Below, piece by piece: positions 11,901 to 20,205 of a stretch of 64,000 nt of DNA (within the stretch, counting starts at the first letter, position 1; every line of letters starts with the position of its first letter). The notes below the pieces were generated by a model. It did not search any database. It was not told where the DNA came from and worked only from the letters and a program-made list of their open reading frames with translations. A program made the translations under genes and the position numbers. Origin of the DNA: an uncultured Methanosarcinales archaeon (GTDB lineage Archaea > Nanobdellota > Nanobdellia > Woesearchaeales > JAGLXL01); NCBI GenBank assembly GCA_964384425.1, contig CAYLKE010000004.1, positions 6,511 through 70,510 on the forward strand. The letters run 5' to 3'.

Positions 11901-14750
11901 AGTTGGGCAAATGCCTGTAATGATGGATTTAATAATGATCAAGAAGATGGAACAGATTGTTATGATACAACATTTTGTCGGGGAAGAGGAGGAAGTAGTA
12001 CAACATTACCTTGTCCTGCAAATGAGAGTAATGATCCAAGTTGGTGTTTTGATAGCATAGATAATGATTTTGATGGAATGATGGATTGTAATGATCTTGA
12101 TTGTAGTGGTGTTATTTATGGAGATAATAAATGTCCTACAAAAGAAATGGAAACAACTTCAAATGAAAATAGTTCATTACAATGTTTTGATAGCATAGAT
12201 AATGATTATGATGGTAGTTCAGATTGTTCTGATACAGCAGATTGTAGAGGAGTTGTCAATTTATTAAATTGGCAAGTATGTCATTCAAGTGAATTTAATT
12301 CAAGTTATAGTTTTTCTTCAATGTTTGGAGGATATAATACTATTGAATATACTGCACCTACAAATATTGTTGCATGTTTAAATAATATAAATGATGATGG
12401 TGATGGAGATGTAAATTGTTATGATGATGATTGTAATGGAAAAAGTGGAGAATGTGGACCTTGTCCAGATAGAGAAGATGTTTCATTTACTTCATGTTCA
12501 AATAATTTGAATGATGATTACAGTGGGGGAAGTGATTGTGTAGATAGTGATTGTTATGGGTTATTTGGAGAATTTACATCATCTAGTGGATCTGTAAAAT
12601 GCCAAGCAAGTGAAAATAATAATACTTTATGTTCTGATGAATATGACAATGATGCAGATGGAAATGTTGATTGTGAAGATAATGAATGTGATGGGTACAG
12701 TTATTGCGAACATTCAACTGAAACAACTTGTAATGATGAATATGACAATGATGCAGACGGAAAAACGGATTGTGCAGATAGTGATTGTTTTGGAGTTAGT
12801 GGGTGTAGTGCAATGTCTTGGACAGCAACAAGTTGTACTGCAATACCTGCAAGTGGATCTTTATCATTAGGATCTGTTTCTGCAAGTTATCTTACAAAAC
12901 ACCATATTAATTCAAATTATACAATATCTTTTACTGGATCAGGTGATTATGATTCAGTCACTGTAACTTTAGGGGACGCAACAAATAGTTCCTTATATTT
13001 TCCTTATAATGCAACACAATGTGTTTTAAGTGGAGACACAGATAAAGTAAAATGGGTATCTTCTCAAAATGTTGTAGGTCAGTTACAAGATAATAGTTCT
13101 TTTACAGGAGGATTTACTGCAACACTAACTTGTCCTGGACTTTCAACAGTACAAACTAATTCATATTCAATAACTACATCTAATCAAGTCGATGGTTCAA
13201 CAGAAAGCTATTCAGATACATTATCAACAACAACTTATGAAAATACACTTCCTAGTGTTAATGCTTTAGAACAATCACATATAAATTTAGAATATAATGA
13301 AGGATTTTATTTTAGAGGAATACCTTCAAATGATCCAAGTGGAATATGCACTTGTCTTTACAATATTTCTGGAACACAATCACTAGTTGATGGGAATTGT
13401 ATTAAAGCAATGAATTTACAGACTATAGATACCTCATATAATCTAGGTGTTGCTGCAAAAGATGGTGCAAGCAATATTGGAAGTTACACTTCATTTGGAA
13501 GTTATAATGTTAATGTGATGATAATTGCAAAATCAGTAAGTATAGGAGATTATTTTTATAATTCAAGTTCATTAAATTCAATATCTGTATCAGCTGATTT
13601 CCAGACTGCAGATAATGGGCAAGTAGTGGGATGTAATGCATCTATAATAAATTCAACAGGTCAACAACAAAGTATTATTGTTATGAATATTAGTGGTACA
13701 AATGATGTAACTTGTAGTGGGAACATAGATATAAGTTCACTTTCAGATGGAGATTATATTGTTGAATTTTTTGCAGTAGATGAAGATGGAGACAATGCAT
13801 CTATTGAAACTGTATTTAGCATATGTTCTGATAATACATCATCACCTATGTGTGCATATATGGATTTAGATAAAGATGGAATACCTGACAATAAAGATTG
13901 TAAATATCTTCTTCCATTTATGGATTATCCTTATCAACTTAAATTTAATTATGTTTATTCATCATCTGAAAATCCTTCACCTAAGTATTATATCTATAAA
14001 ACTGGATATAATTATTCTCTATTTAATAAAAATTTAGCAGGAGCATCTTCAACAGAATTTGATATTGTTGAAGATATTTATGATTTTGTAGTGTTAAATT
14101 ATGATGATAAGTTTTCAGTTAGATTTAATAGTGTTAATATAACTCAAAATGAGACATACACAATAAAATTAGACAATCTTGACAATACAAATACTTATGG
14201 ATATAAAACATATGCAATTGATATAGATCCAGAAAAAAATTCAGATGCAATTGTAACTGTGAGTTATGATGGATTAAATTATACTAATGAAACAAATATA
14301 GATCTTTATGTTTGTTCTGATTGGAATATGGGAACAAGAAGTTGTAAAACTAATTGGGTTGTTTCAAACTCTACACAATATTTTGCTGAAAATCTTTTTA
14401 GAACTACTTATGGTGGATCATTTCAAGCAGGATTTTCAATTGCAGATTCACAACCTATAAAAACAACTCCTCCTCCTGTAGAAGAAGAGGAAGAGATTCC
14501 ACGTAGAAGTGGATCAGGACCATTACCTTTCCAATTACAAGATTTGATATATCAAATTTCAACTAGTGAAATAAAATTATCTGATGATTTTGGAAAAAAA
14601 GAAACAAAACAAGAACTAGTATCATTTAGTATAAATAAAAAACAATTCGATTATAAAGAAGTTATAAAAGAATCAACTAAGTTTTATTTTAGTAAATTGA
14701 TTATTGCATCATTTAATTGGATATTGTCATTGTTTTTATTTTTATTCTAA
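5967..14750 (+). CDS. Giant cell-surface protein (2927 aa) with N-terminal signal/anchor, two large internal repeat units, many Cys-flanked Asp-rich DxDxDG (putative Ca-binding, TSP3/dockerin/EF-hand-loop-like) repeats, and a C-terminal hydrophobic anchor
   Basis: Uninterrupted 8.8-kb ORF with an N-terminal hydrophobic segment. Repeated C.D..DND.[DN]G..DC.D.DC motifs (e.g. CNDQLDNDGDGDTDCLDSDC). C-terminal hydrophobic tail (LIIASFNWILSLFLFLF). Abundant N-x-S/T sequons. Confidence 0.8.
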   Translation: MKSKRIFIYSLFILIIILSLFSILFLPSKITGNFVIITTSSARIDPGIRVIYDTFDGSTTDFLYLNDTQLSSIENMVVENSSNGKIIFNGSINLASDAILNIVDLDNGITISSDSIYINTTYLSSLTGYTTITFYNESFTKPVAYKNGQLCPNSECYFVSYDGENATFNLSFDSTPYTNITLGEAYPKSWDSIEYPEGVYEPYNIGLVGTHLHRFGIKFVNMNASSGDVLGCYIKQSNGSVFFLNETLLTSYNSQNYSLNYTVANSDNISKFTRWEGINCTLTNSTSLKSLDNDYYFSRLKRSIFVHGNNWTKFNTVDDDAYLASRCFLGIPKRYFNNSHYCDYVGDVAFAVSMATGFAIEGYCDDGIDNDNNGNTDCDDRYCRGIPYTCIDHRYAGDPFYGECQNGVCWETKNFGGRDITYYYNRYVQPGGTLKIRFEGGDYNTTKPISYAITDLLSYDSYGYYSEGNGLGTISTTDSSVVAEDGNGRVGDADMVLWVNLSSAYTDGNEYNVSIYLVHEGYDLLVAGIPIVIDSTAPSVWDESVTGKNRTSPCSNSIDEDIDYNTSCQDLDCNGSIGGSDCARGNAYCEFGSETTCNDCFDNEGDGNYDCADLDCDLKSGSSTNSSIKCHYYGEGNQTQYNSSLYSWVFACVDLFDNDQDDAVDCEDRTFCWQRGGTSLTLPCPAYENNTALWCHDGINNDYDNRTDCADYDCWNVSYANATYSARCPDNESQDKFGNFKPLQCFDSLDNDLDSPIQKYSGLGTNIDCADIDCNGVTHPTLNVTCMPFEYNLSLNITPEYCMDNLDLDGDKSLGWPNGGLDCNDPDCNKQFGSCGPCPSFEYMSYGSCADNIDQDTDRPTSYIDCEDTDCLGKMGSKDSSQVCAASENTITLCSDEFDNDANGNTDCADSNCNGIGICEYSTETTCNDQLDNDGDGDTDCLDSDCYGIGSCASMSWTAGSCLVVPYNTSSLSIGSTSVTFYHTSRHHINNKYYMNFASTESYSSVTITVGDATDSNDYFPYNASTCTLSGDTNKINLVTSQDEVFQLQDRGSFTGGFNVTIECDGLSSAQTNTYPIIISNSLQSSATESADESYTAVVYENTAPSVSSVEVDLWDGSVAEVNYGDPISLRAIPLNDPSNICKCSFNIGGNVYNSSDGNCIYEHDVYDDTSYTLSAAARDGAYNLGTYGGTRIVPVNVLPVQDFFAISRNYPFFNSTAGESIVFTSLFKSATSGSISSCNAWIEDESGSIVLSKSVTPVGSNSAACNNNFNTSSLADGIYYVRMNATDEDGDTVTSDKKLFYVCSNYTSSGSNWNCSIADFDQDGQPDQCDYALQYDVGVDLAFNFEFISNYSIKITSIYEAVTDFLLLEKTTNASFLDFKLPTGEYDVNIDVFDGNLIVHLNDLNLTIESNYTFAFDMYDGVNGIRAYAFSPGVNFSSAYVKFDYSELDYVREANLVLYKCDGHNYNFTTRRCMNDSWYLLNSTINSSTQHILADVDNFSGFYIYENPPTPKWTRLLHPEGVYEPYNAGLPGKHLHTFALKFENLNTSLGTELECLIEQSDGTLFNVTEPVTQNTLYSNFSLNYTIKNTDNVSKLTPWEIVNCTLYRSDGVIEFSDDTEFSNATYNLTHLNRSIFVHGNEWTRFDTSNDDAYRAARCFLGFPKRYFNNSYYCDYVGDVAFAVSMSLGMNLEGNCQDGIDNDGNGDVDCDDRYCQGLPYSCKNHVYAGDPFEGTCSNGICTESRTFGVPAKTLTYSFTKYVKPNGTFKVRFNGGSYSTSSPVLYSVTDLNGVDSYGHYNRTGYDSLESFSSTATSVATESSSGHSGNVDFVMWINLSDYSEGNYNISYYFVHNGQDLYVQGIPIVVTDNAVSNWDESETGTYTTLPCANSADEDLDYIEGCLDLDCDGEIGGTNCVGGNAYCEYGTELTCYDCFDNDDNGAYDCGESVCDLKRGSYNDASILCHYNGEGHSSYDSSIYSWANACNDGFNNDQEDGTDCYDTTFCRGRGGSSTTLPCPANESNDPSWCFDSIDNDFDGMMDCNDLDCSGVIYGDNKCPTKEMETTSNENSSLQCFDSIDNDYDGSSDCSDTADCRGVVNLLNWQVCHSSEFNSSYSFSSMFGGYNTIEYTAPTNIVACLNNINDDGDGDVNCYDDDCNGKSGECGPCPDREDVSFTSCSNNLNDDYSGGSDCVDSDCYGLFGEFTSSSGSVKCQASENNNTLCSDEYDNDADGNVDCEDNECDGYSYCEHSTETTCNDEYDNDADGKTDCADSDCFGVSGCSAMSWTATSCTAIPASGSLSLGSVSASYLTKHHINSNYTISFTGSGDYDSVTVTLGDATNSSLYFPYNATQCVLSGDTDKVKWVSSQNVVGQLQDNSSFTGGFTATLTCPGLSTVQTNSYSITTSNQVDGSTESYSDTLSTTTYENTLPSVNALEQSHINLEYNEGFYFRGIPSNDPSGICTCLYNISGTQSLVDGNCIKAMNLQTIDTSYNLGVAAKDGASNIGSYTSFGSYNVNVMIIAKSVSIGDYFYNSSSLNSISVSADFQTADNGQVVGCNASIINSTGQQQSIIVMNISGTNDVTCSGNIDISSLSDGDYIVEFFAVDEDGDNASIETVFSICSDNTSSPMCAYMDLDKDGIPDNKDCKYLLPFMDYPYQLKFNYVYSSSENPSPKYYIYKTGYNYSLFNKNLAGASSTEFDIVEDIYDFVVLNYDDKFSVRFNSVNITQNETYTIKLDNLDNTNTYGYKTYAIDIDPEKNSDAIVTVSYDGLNYTNETNIDLYVCSDWNMGTRSCKTNWVVSNSTQYFAENLFRTTYGGSFQAGFSIADSQPIKTTPPPVEEEEEIPRRSGSGPLPFQLQDLIYQISTSEIKLSDDFGKKETKQELVSFSINKKQFDYKEVIKESTKFYFSKLIIASFNWILSLFLFLF
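6540..13930 (+). repeat. Intragenic tandem duplication: two diverged ~3.9-kb copies (approx. 6540-10500 and 10510-13930) inside the 2927-aa gene
   Basis: Protein segments starting EYPEGVYEPYNIGLVGTHLH… and HPEGVYEPYNAGLPGKHLH… stay collinear over >1100 aa. Shared blocks include RSIFVHGN.WT.F.T.DDAY.A.RCFLG.PKRYFNNS.YCDYVGDVAFAVSM and …CSDE.DNDA(N/D)GN.DC…. Confidence 0.7.
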
Positions 14751-15266
14751 TTTGATTTTTATTCTCTAGTTTTATTTATTAGTTATTAACAAAACAACAA
14801 CAAACAAAAACAGAATAAAATAATATAAAAAAATACTAAACAAGATATCGACTAATAACAATCAATAACAAACAATATCAAAAACAAAAAAGAACAAAAT
14901 ACTAAACCAGATAATAACCAATAACAAAACAACAACAATAAAAACAAAGACTAATACAATATTACACAAAATAATAAACAATAAGAAAAAGAAAAAAACA
15001 AAAGAAAGACTAATAACTCTACAACAACAATAAAAACAAAGACAAATACAATATCACACAAAATAATAACCCATAACAAAACAATATCAAACAACAACAC
15101 AAAACCAAAATTAACATAATATCACACAAAATAATAACTCATAACAATACAATAACAAACAAAACAAAGACTCATAACAATACAATATCGCACAAAATAT
15201 TAAACAATAACAGAATAAAATAATATAAAAAATAATACTAAACAAATAACCATTTGATTAAACGAA
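14751..15266. repeat. G-poor A/C-rich low-complexity block of degenerate ~60-90-bp tandem repeats, bracketed by a ~34-bp direct repeat (14811-14844 and 15211-15246)
   Basis: About 0.5 kb between convergent genes composed almost entirely of A and C on the + strand. Recurring units such as acaaagact(a/c)ataacaatacaatat(t/c)(a/g)cacaaaataataa. Terminal copies read cagaataaaataatataaaaaa(a/ta)atactaaacaa. Confidence 0.6.
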
Positions 15267-15986
15267 TCATAATATATTTTCTCTTCTATGTGTATAATAA
15301 ATTGTAGAAATTATAGCAACAATAATTGCAAATAATAGTGTTATCCATATATTTATCAAATACATAAAAGCAATTATTGATGTAATAAACATAAATGAAA
15401 ATATGTAAAAAGTTCTATTTGCAAAATAAATATTAAGACCATTTAATTTAGGTAATGGTAGCATTGTAGCTATTGCAAGAGTTATGTTTATTAATATTAT
15501 TTCATTTAATATTGTTGAGTTTAAGAATGAATTTATTGTTTTTAATATTATTGCAAAAAATAATGATGTCAAAGGACCTGTTAATGAAACAAATGCTTTT
15601 TCAAGAAAATCAGTACCATATCTAAATTCTCCGATTCTTAGTCGAGAAACAAAAATCATAAATATGCCTCCTGGCAAAATAACTCTTACCCAACCATTTG
15701 TAAAAAATACTAATAATAATGATATTGCAATACCTATCCACCAAATTTCAAATTCTGCAATATGTCCATACTTCAAAGAATGTATTTTTTGTGCAGAAAG
15801 ATGTAAAAGCATAGATAATAATACAAAAATCGAAAGTAAAATCACTGAACTAAAACCTTTTATTAAAGAATCCCAACTTCTAAAAGCAAATATGAATCCA
15901 AATATTAAAGAACATATTATTAAATTTTTAAGTTCTTTTTTTGAAAATTCAAAATATTCTGTTATTCTTGATTTTAATTCTGACAT
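15267..15986 (-). CDS. Polytopic integral membrane protein of unknown function
   Basis: 239-aa ORF with about 6 hydrophobic segments. Convergent with the giant gene. Confidence 0.55.
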   Translation of the reverse strand: MSELKSRITEYFEFSKKELKNLIICSLIFGFIFAFRSWDSLIKGFSSVILLSIFVLLSMLLHLSAQKIHSLKYGHIAEFEIWWIGIAISLLLVFFTNGWVRVILPGGIFMIFVSRLRIGEFRYGTDFLEKAFVSLTGPLTSLFFAIILKTINSFLNSTILNEIILINITLAIATMLPLPKLNGLNIYFANRTFYIFSFMFITSIIAFMYLINIWITLLFAIIVAIISTIYYTHRRENIL

Positions 15987-16191
15987 AAGTATTGTTATTT
16001 ATTTAAGGCTTATAAATGTTATTGTAATTGTACTAAAGAGCAGGGTTTATTTTATATTTAAATTATAAAACTTGTTTAATTAATATTCTTGTTTTTTTCT
16101 TATTGAATTTATTGATTTAAATTAATCTATTCTAATTATTGTATTATTCTTATTGTATTATTCTATTTGTTGTTTTGTCTTATCTATTTTA

Positions 16192-16671
16192 TTAAAACAT
16201 TAATCTCATAATTTTAAGAATAAGAGCAACAATTAATAAAACAAATAAAAATACTTCGCTTGTTGTCCCGGTTTCAATAAATCCACTTAATCTAAGTGTT
16301 GTTATTGGATTTAGAAAATTAGTTCCTTGTACTGTAAATCCATCTATCAATAAATGACTAAGATATCCTACAAACAATCCAAATAAAAATGAATTACTGC
16401 TCCAGTATAATGTTATTGCAAATATAATAATTAAAGGAAATATAGAATGCATAACTCCTCTATGTTTTAATGTTCTACTTAAAACTTGAGTCATGGGTTT
16501 TAAAATTTGAGGAACTTTATTATTGAAATATGATTTAGGATGATCTACATCTGGAAGAATTGCACCTAAAAAAGCACCAATAAGATATAATGTCCAAGAA
16601 CTTGTTCCTCTAAAATCCAATACAAATAATGCTAAAAGAATACCAAAGACCATATGTGTCTTTACTCTCAT
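16192..16671 (-). CDS. Membrane-bound metal-dependent hydrolase-like protein (DUF457/YdjM-like)
   Basis: 159 aa with 4-5 transmembrane segments. His/Asp-containing motifs (ILPDVDHPKS, GVMHS, SHLLIDG) are typical of this family. Sits 3 nt downstream of the ZPR1 gene, so probably co-transcribed. Confidence 0.5.
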   Translation of the reverse strand: MRVKTHMVFGILLALFVLDFRGTSSWTLYLIGAFLGAILPDVDHPKSYFNNKVPQILKPMTQVLSRTLKHRGVMHSIFPLIIIFAITLYWSSNSFLFGLFVGYLSHLLIDGFTVQGTNFLNPITTLRLSGFIETGTTSEVFLFVLLIVALILKIMRLMF

Positions 16672-16674
16672 TTT

Positions 16675-17187
16675 TTATTTTCTCTTTTTTGTAATGTTTG
16701 TTTTGTCAGAAACAATTGCTGATGTTCCACTAGGATCATCAATTATGATCTTAATTTTATCTCTTCCAAGAAGCACATTACTTATTTTTTTAAGAAGATT
16801 TTTCTTTTTCTTTCTATCTACTTCTTCTTCATCATATGATTCTATTATCAGTTTAATTTTTGTTAAAAGTCCTTCGACATTTGTTATGAATCCTTCTGCA
16901 TCTGGACCAGGTTGGATGGTGATTATTCTGGGTATTTTTATTGTAGCTTGACTACTTCTTACTATTTTCACATTTAAGTCTTTTTCGTCTTTTACTTCAA
17001 ATTCATATTTTGCTGGATCATGAATCTTTTCTGGTTCAATGTCTGCTTTTTTATAATTACAGCCTTCACATTCCATAGATAAAATAAAAACTTTCCCAAA
17101 ATGAGGTATTTCTACTAATTCTTCTCTTAATATTAATTTATTTTCTCCACATATTGGACATTGCTGTCCCTTTAGTTCCTGTGCCAT
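16675..17187 (-). CDS. ZPR1-type zinc-finger protein (archaeal ZPR1-like)
   Basis: N-terminal C4 zinc ribbon CPICG…(x~25)…CEGCNYK followed by a beta-rich domain, the pattern of ZPR1 zinc-finger family proteins. Confidence 0.6.
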   Translation of the reverse strand: MAQELKGQQCPICGENKLILREELVEIPHFGKVFILSMECEGCNYKKADIEPEKIHDPAKYEFEVKDEKDLNVKIVRSSQATIKIPRIITIQPGPDAEGFITNVEGLLTKIKLIIESYDEEEVDRKKKKNLLKKISNVLLGRDKIKIIIDDPSGTSAIVSDKTNITKKRK

Positions 17188-17407
17188 ATTCCTATTAATT
17201 TATTTTTGTTTATATAATTTTTGTTTCTTTTTTCGTAGTTATTGTGATTATTATTCGTCGAATAGTAAGTTTTAAGAATGTTTTGATTTATTTTTTAATA
17301 TTTGTTCTGTCATATATTCCTCTTAATGTGCTATAATATAGAAAGATTTTAAAATTACATTATTTATTACTCTTAATATAAAAGAATATAATAAAAAGAG
17401 GTTTAAA

Positions 17408-17728
17408 ATGGATGAATTAAATAAAAAAGAGATTGAAAATCATTCAGATGATGTAAAGAAGATAATTAATAATATGTCTCTTGTAAAAGAGTTTATATCA
17501 GAATGGCAGATTTATATGAATAATATTGTTGAAGATATGTCATCCTTGGCTAAATTAGTAAAACAATATGATATTGTAAAAGGAGATATTAGACCAATAA
17601 ATATTGAAAAACAAAAAAATGTCATCAATAAAATTATTGAAAAACATGATATGTTTGTTGATGATGTTGAAAATAACAAGCAAAGATTTGAAAAAATTAA
17701 ATCAATAATAAATAACCTTAATGAATAA
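17408..17728 (+). CDS. Small charged coiled-coil protein of unknown function
   Basis: 106-aa ORF. Its stop overlaps the extended ThrRS reading frame. Confidence 0.4.
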   Translation: MDELNKKEIENHSDDVKKIINNMSLVKEFISEWQIYMNNIVEDMSSLAKLVKQYDIVKGDIRPINIEKQKNVINKIIEKHDMFVDDVENNKQRFEKIKSIINNLNE

Positions 17729-17759
17729 ATTTAAAATATTTAATATGGGAGTGGTTTTA

Positions 17760-19487
17760 ATGAAAATAGATTTTGAAAATAAAGAAGTATTTTGGCATAC
17801 TAGTGCTCATGTGTTGGCACAAGCAGTAAAGAAATTGTTTCCTGATGCAAAGCTTGCTATTGGTCCAACAATTGAAAATGGATTCTATTATGATTTTCAC
17901 ACAGAACATACATTCACACCTGAAGATCTTAAAAAGATTGAAAAAGAGATGCGAAGGATTATCAAGAAAGGATATGATATTACTTATAAGGATTTATCAA
18001 TTAAAGACGCTAAAAAATTATTTGAGAACAATAAATTTAAGATTGAACTTATTAATGAACTTGCTGAAGCAGGTGAAAAAAAAGTTAGAGTTTATTATCA
18101 TGAAGATGATTTCTATGATTTATGTAGGGGTCCTCATTTAGAAACTACAAGAAATATTACTGCTTACAAATTGTTAAAAGTATCTTCTGCATATTGGAGA
18201 GGAGATTCCAATAGGGAAAGTTTGCAAAGAATATATGGGATAACTTTTCCTTCAAAAGAACAGATGAAAGAATACATTAATTTTTTACGTGAAGCTGAGA
18301 AAAGAGATCATAGAAAAATTGGAAAGAAATTAGATTTATTTTCATTTCATGAAGAAGCACCAGGATCACCTTTTTTTCACGATAAAGGAAATTATATTTT
18401 TAGACAATTAGTTAATTATATGACCGAATTATTAGATGAAAGAGGATATGAACTTAATAGAACTCCTTTAATAATGAATGAATCTCTCTGGAAGCAATCT
18501 GGTCATTATGATCATTATAAAGAAAATATGTATTTTACTGAAATAGATGGACAGGAATTTGCTGTTAAACCAATGAATTGTCCTGGAAATTTATTAGTTT
18601 TCAAAGCTAATTCACATTCATATAGAGAGCTTCCCATAAAAGCTGGGGAATTTGGAATTGTTCATAGACACGAATTAAGAGGTGTTTTATCTGGATTATT
18701 CCGGGTGAGGTTTTTTACACAAGATGATGCTCATGTTTTCTGTACAGAGGAACAGATTGAAGAACAAGTAAAGGAATTGATTGATTTAATTGGTATAACT
18801 TACAAAACCTTTGGATTTAGTTATAATCTTGAACTTTCAACACGTCCTGAAAAAGCAATTGGATCGGATGATATGTGGAATAAGGCAGAATCTGCTTTGA
18901 AAAATGTTCTTGAAAAGAATAAAATTGATTATAAACTAAATCTTGGAGATGGTGCATTTTATGGACCTAAAATTGATTTTCATGTAAAAGATGCAATTGG
19001 AAGAAGTTGGCAGTGTGGGACGATTCAATTAGATTTTTCTATGCCTGAAAAATTTGATTTAAAGTATAAAGGAAAAGATGGAGAAGATCATAGACCTGTT
19101 ATGATACATAGAGCAATTTATGGAAGTTTAGAAAGATTCATGGGAATCTTAGTAGAGCATTACGCAGGAAAATTTCCTTTATGGATGAACCCAAATCAAA
19201 TTGTTGTGTTACCAATAACAGATAGGCATATTGATTATTGTAATGAAATATATTGTGAGATAAAGAAGAATTGTTTTAGAGTGGATGTTGATGATAGAAG
19301 AGTTTCTCTTCCTAAAAAAATTAGAGAAGCACAACTTTCTCAATATAATTATATCTTAGTTATTGGAGATGATGAAACTACAAAAGGAGTTATCAATATC
19401 CGTACAAGAAATAATGAAGTTCATGGTGAGAAACAATTAAATGAATTTATTAAAGAAATTGTGAAAGAAAGAGATGAGAAGAAATGA
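17760..19487 (+). CDS. thrS: Threonyl-tRNA synthetase (class II), N2 editing/SAD + catalytic + anticodon-binding domains; lacks an N-terminal TGS domain
   Basis: The HTSAHVLAQAV and CRGPH zinc-binding motifs of the SAD/N2 domain are present, followed by class II catalytic motifs. Probable start is the ATG at 17760 (MKIDFEN…) preceded by GGGAG about 9 nt upstream; the track ORF extends to 17721. Confidence 0.85.
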   Translation: MKIDFENKEVFWHTSAHVLAQAVKKLFPDAKLAIGPTIENGFYYDFHTEHTFTPEDLKKIEKEMRRIIKKGYDITYKDLSIKDAKKLFENNKFKIELINELAEAGEKKVRVYYHEDDFYDLCRGPHLETTRNITAYKLLKVSSAYWRGDSNRESLQRIYGITFPSKEQMKEYINFLREAEKRDHRKIGKKLDLFSFHEEAPGSPFFHDKGNYIFRQLVNYMTELLDERGYELNRTPLIMNESLWKQSGHYDHYKENMYFTEIDGQEFAVKPMNCPGNLLVFKANSHSYRELPIKAGEFGIVHRHELRGVLSGLFRVRFFTQDDAHVFCTEEQIEEQVKELIDLIGITYKTFGFSYNLELSTRPEKAIGSDDMWNKAESALKNVLEKNKIDYKLNLGDGAFYGPKIDFHVKDAIGRSWQCGTIQLDFSMPEKFDLKYKGKDGEDHRPVMIHRAIYGSLERFMGILVEHYAGKFPLWMNPNQIVVLPITDRHIDYCNEIYCEIKKNCFRVDVDDRRVSLPKKIREAQLSQYNYILVIGDDETTKGVINIRTRNNEVHGEKQLNEFIKEIVKERDEKK

Positions 19488-19693
19488 ATGATAAAGAAAG
19501 ATTGCAAAAATTAAGAGGTGCAGTAGAGATTCTTTTTAATTATTCTCTTGATGTGACTGTAAATACATCTTCTATTAAGGATTCCAAAAAAAGAGGAAAA
19601 TTGCATGAATATTTTTTTCAATTAAATCAAAAAGCAAAAGAAATGAGAATGATATTAGATAAGATAGATTACGAAATAAATAAAAAACATTAA
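19484..19693 (+). CDS. Small hypothetical protein (69 aa), 4-nt overlap with thrS stop
   Basis: ATGA start/stop overlap with thrS. Charged and helical. Confidence 0.35.
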   Translation: MNDKERLQKLRGAVEILFNYSLDVTVNTSSIKDSKKRGKLHEYFFQLNQKAKEMRMILDKIDYEINKKH

Positions 19694-20205
19694 AGTTTCC
19701 TACTATCAATTGCCCAATGAAGTAATGCTTGACGTTGTTTAGGTCGACAAGTAAATTGTTTTCTTTTGCAATTCTTTTTTACTTGTGCAATATGTCTTAT
19801 CATTGCTTTCCATCTTTTTATTTGTCTTTCATCGTCTTCATGGCGTCTTCCCATATAATATCTACAATACCATTGAAACCATCCTCTTGGATCATCATTA
19901 TGTATCCATCCTTTTTCTTTCCAATACCAAAGCGACTTAGACGCATTTATTTTGAAATAGTTTAATTCTGGATCATGTTTCTTGTGATTAAGTTTTGCTT
20001 TTTTAAACCATGATTTTGGAAATTCATTTTGGCAGTCAGTCATATACTTCCCACCAAAAACACCTAATTCAAGCATTTGTTTTGGTGTAAGGTCAGGAGT
20101 AAAATCTGGGTGAAAGTTCTTTCCTTCTGGTTCTGTTAAGAAGTAGGTGTAATTCTTCTGCATCAAGTCATTCACAACTACTTTTTTTGGTTTTTTTCTT
20201 GACAT
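19690..20205 (-). CDS. Conserved hypothetical Trp/Arg-rich protein (171 aa)
   Basis: Complex, non-repetitive sequence with conserved-looking blocks (ELGVFGGKYM, WIHNDDPRGWFQWYCRYYMGRR). Shares a ttaa stop overlap with the convergent upstream ORF. Confidence 0.5.
   Translation of the reverse strand: MSRKKPKKVVVNDLMQKNYTYFLTEPEGKNFHPDFTPDLTPKQMLELGVFGGKYMTDCQNEFPKSWFKKAKLNHKKHDPELNYFKINASKSLWYWKEKGWIHNDDPRGWFQWYCRYYMGRRHEDDERQIKRWKAMIRHIAQVKKNCKRKQFTCRPKQRQALLHWAIDSRKL

Noticed and set aside
6951-12870. Numerous His/Asn/Leu-rich minus-strand and alternate-frame ORFs inside the 2927-aa gene (e.g. 6973..7479, 7618..8166, 11467..11910, 11836..12060)
   Set aside because: They lie entirely within a long, internally consistent coding frame. 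Their composition (H, N, L, Q runs) is what the reverse complement of GAT/AAT/GAA-rich codons produces.
14751-15266. Considered a CRISPR array or a tRNA/ncRNA cluster because of the repetitive structure
   Set aside because: The repeat units are degenerate, of variable length and lack unique spacers between exact repeats. There is no cloverleaf potential, being almost G-free. Reported as a repeat, not a CRISPR array.
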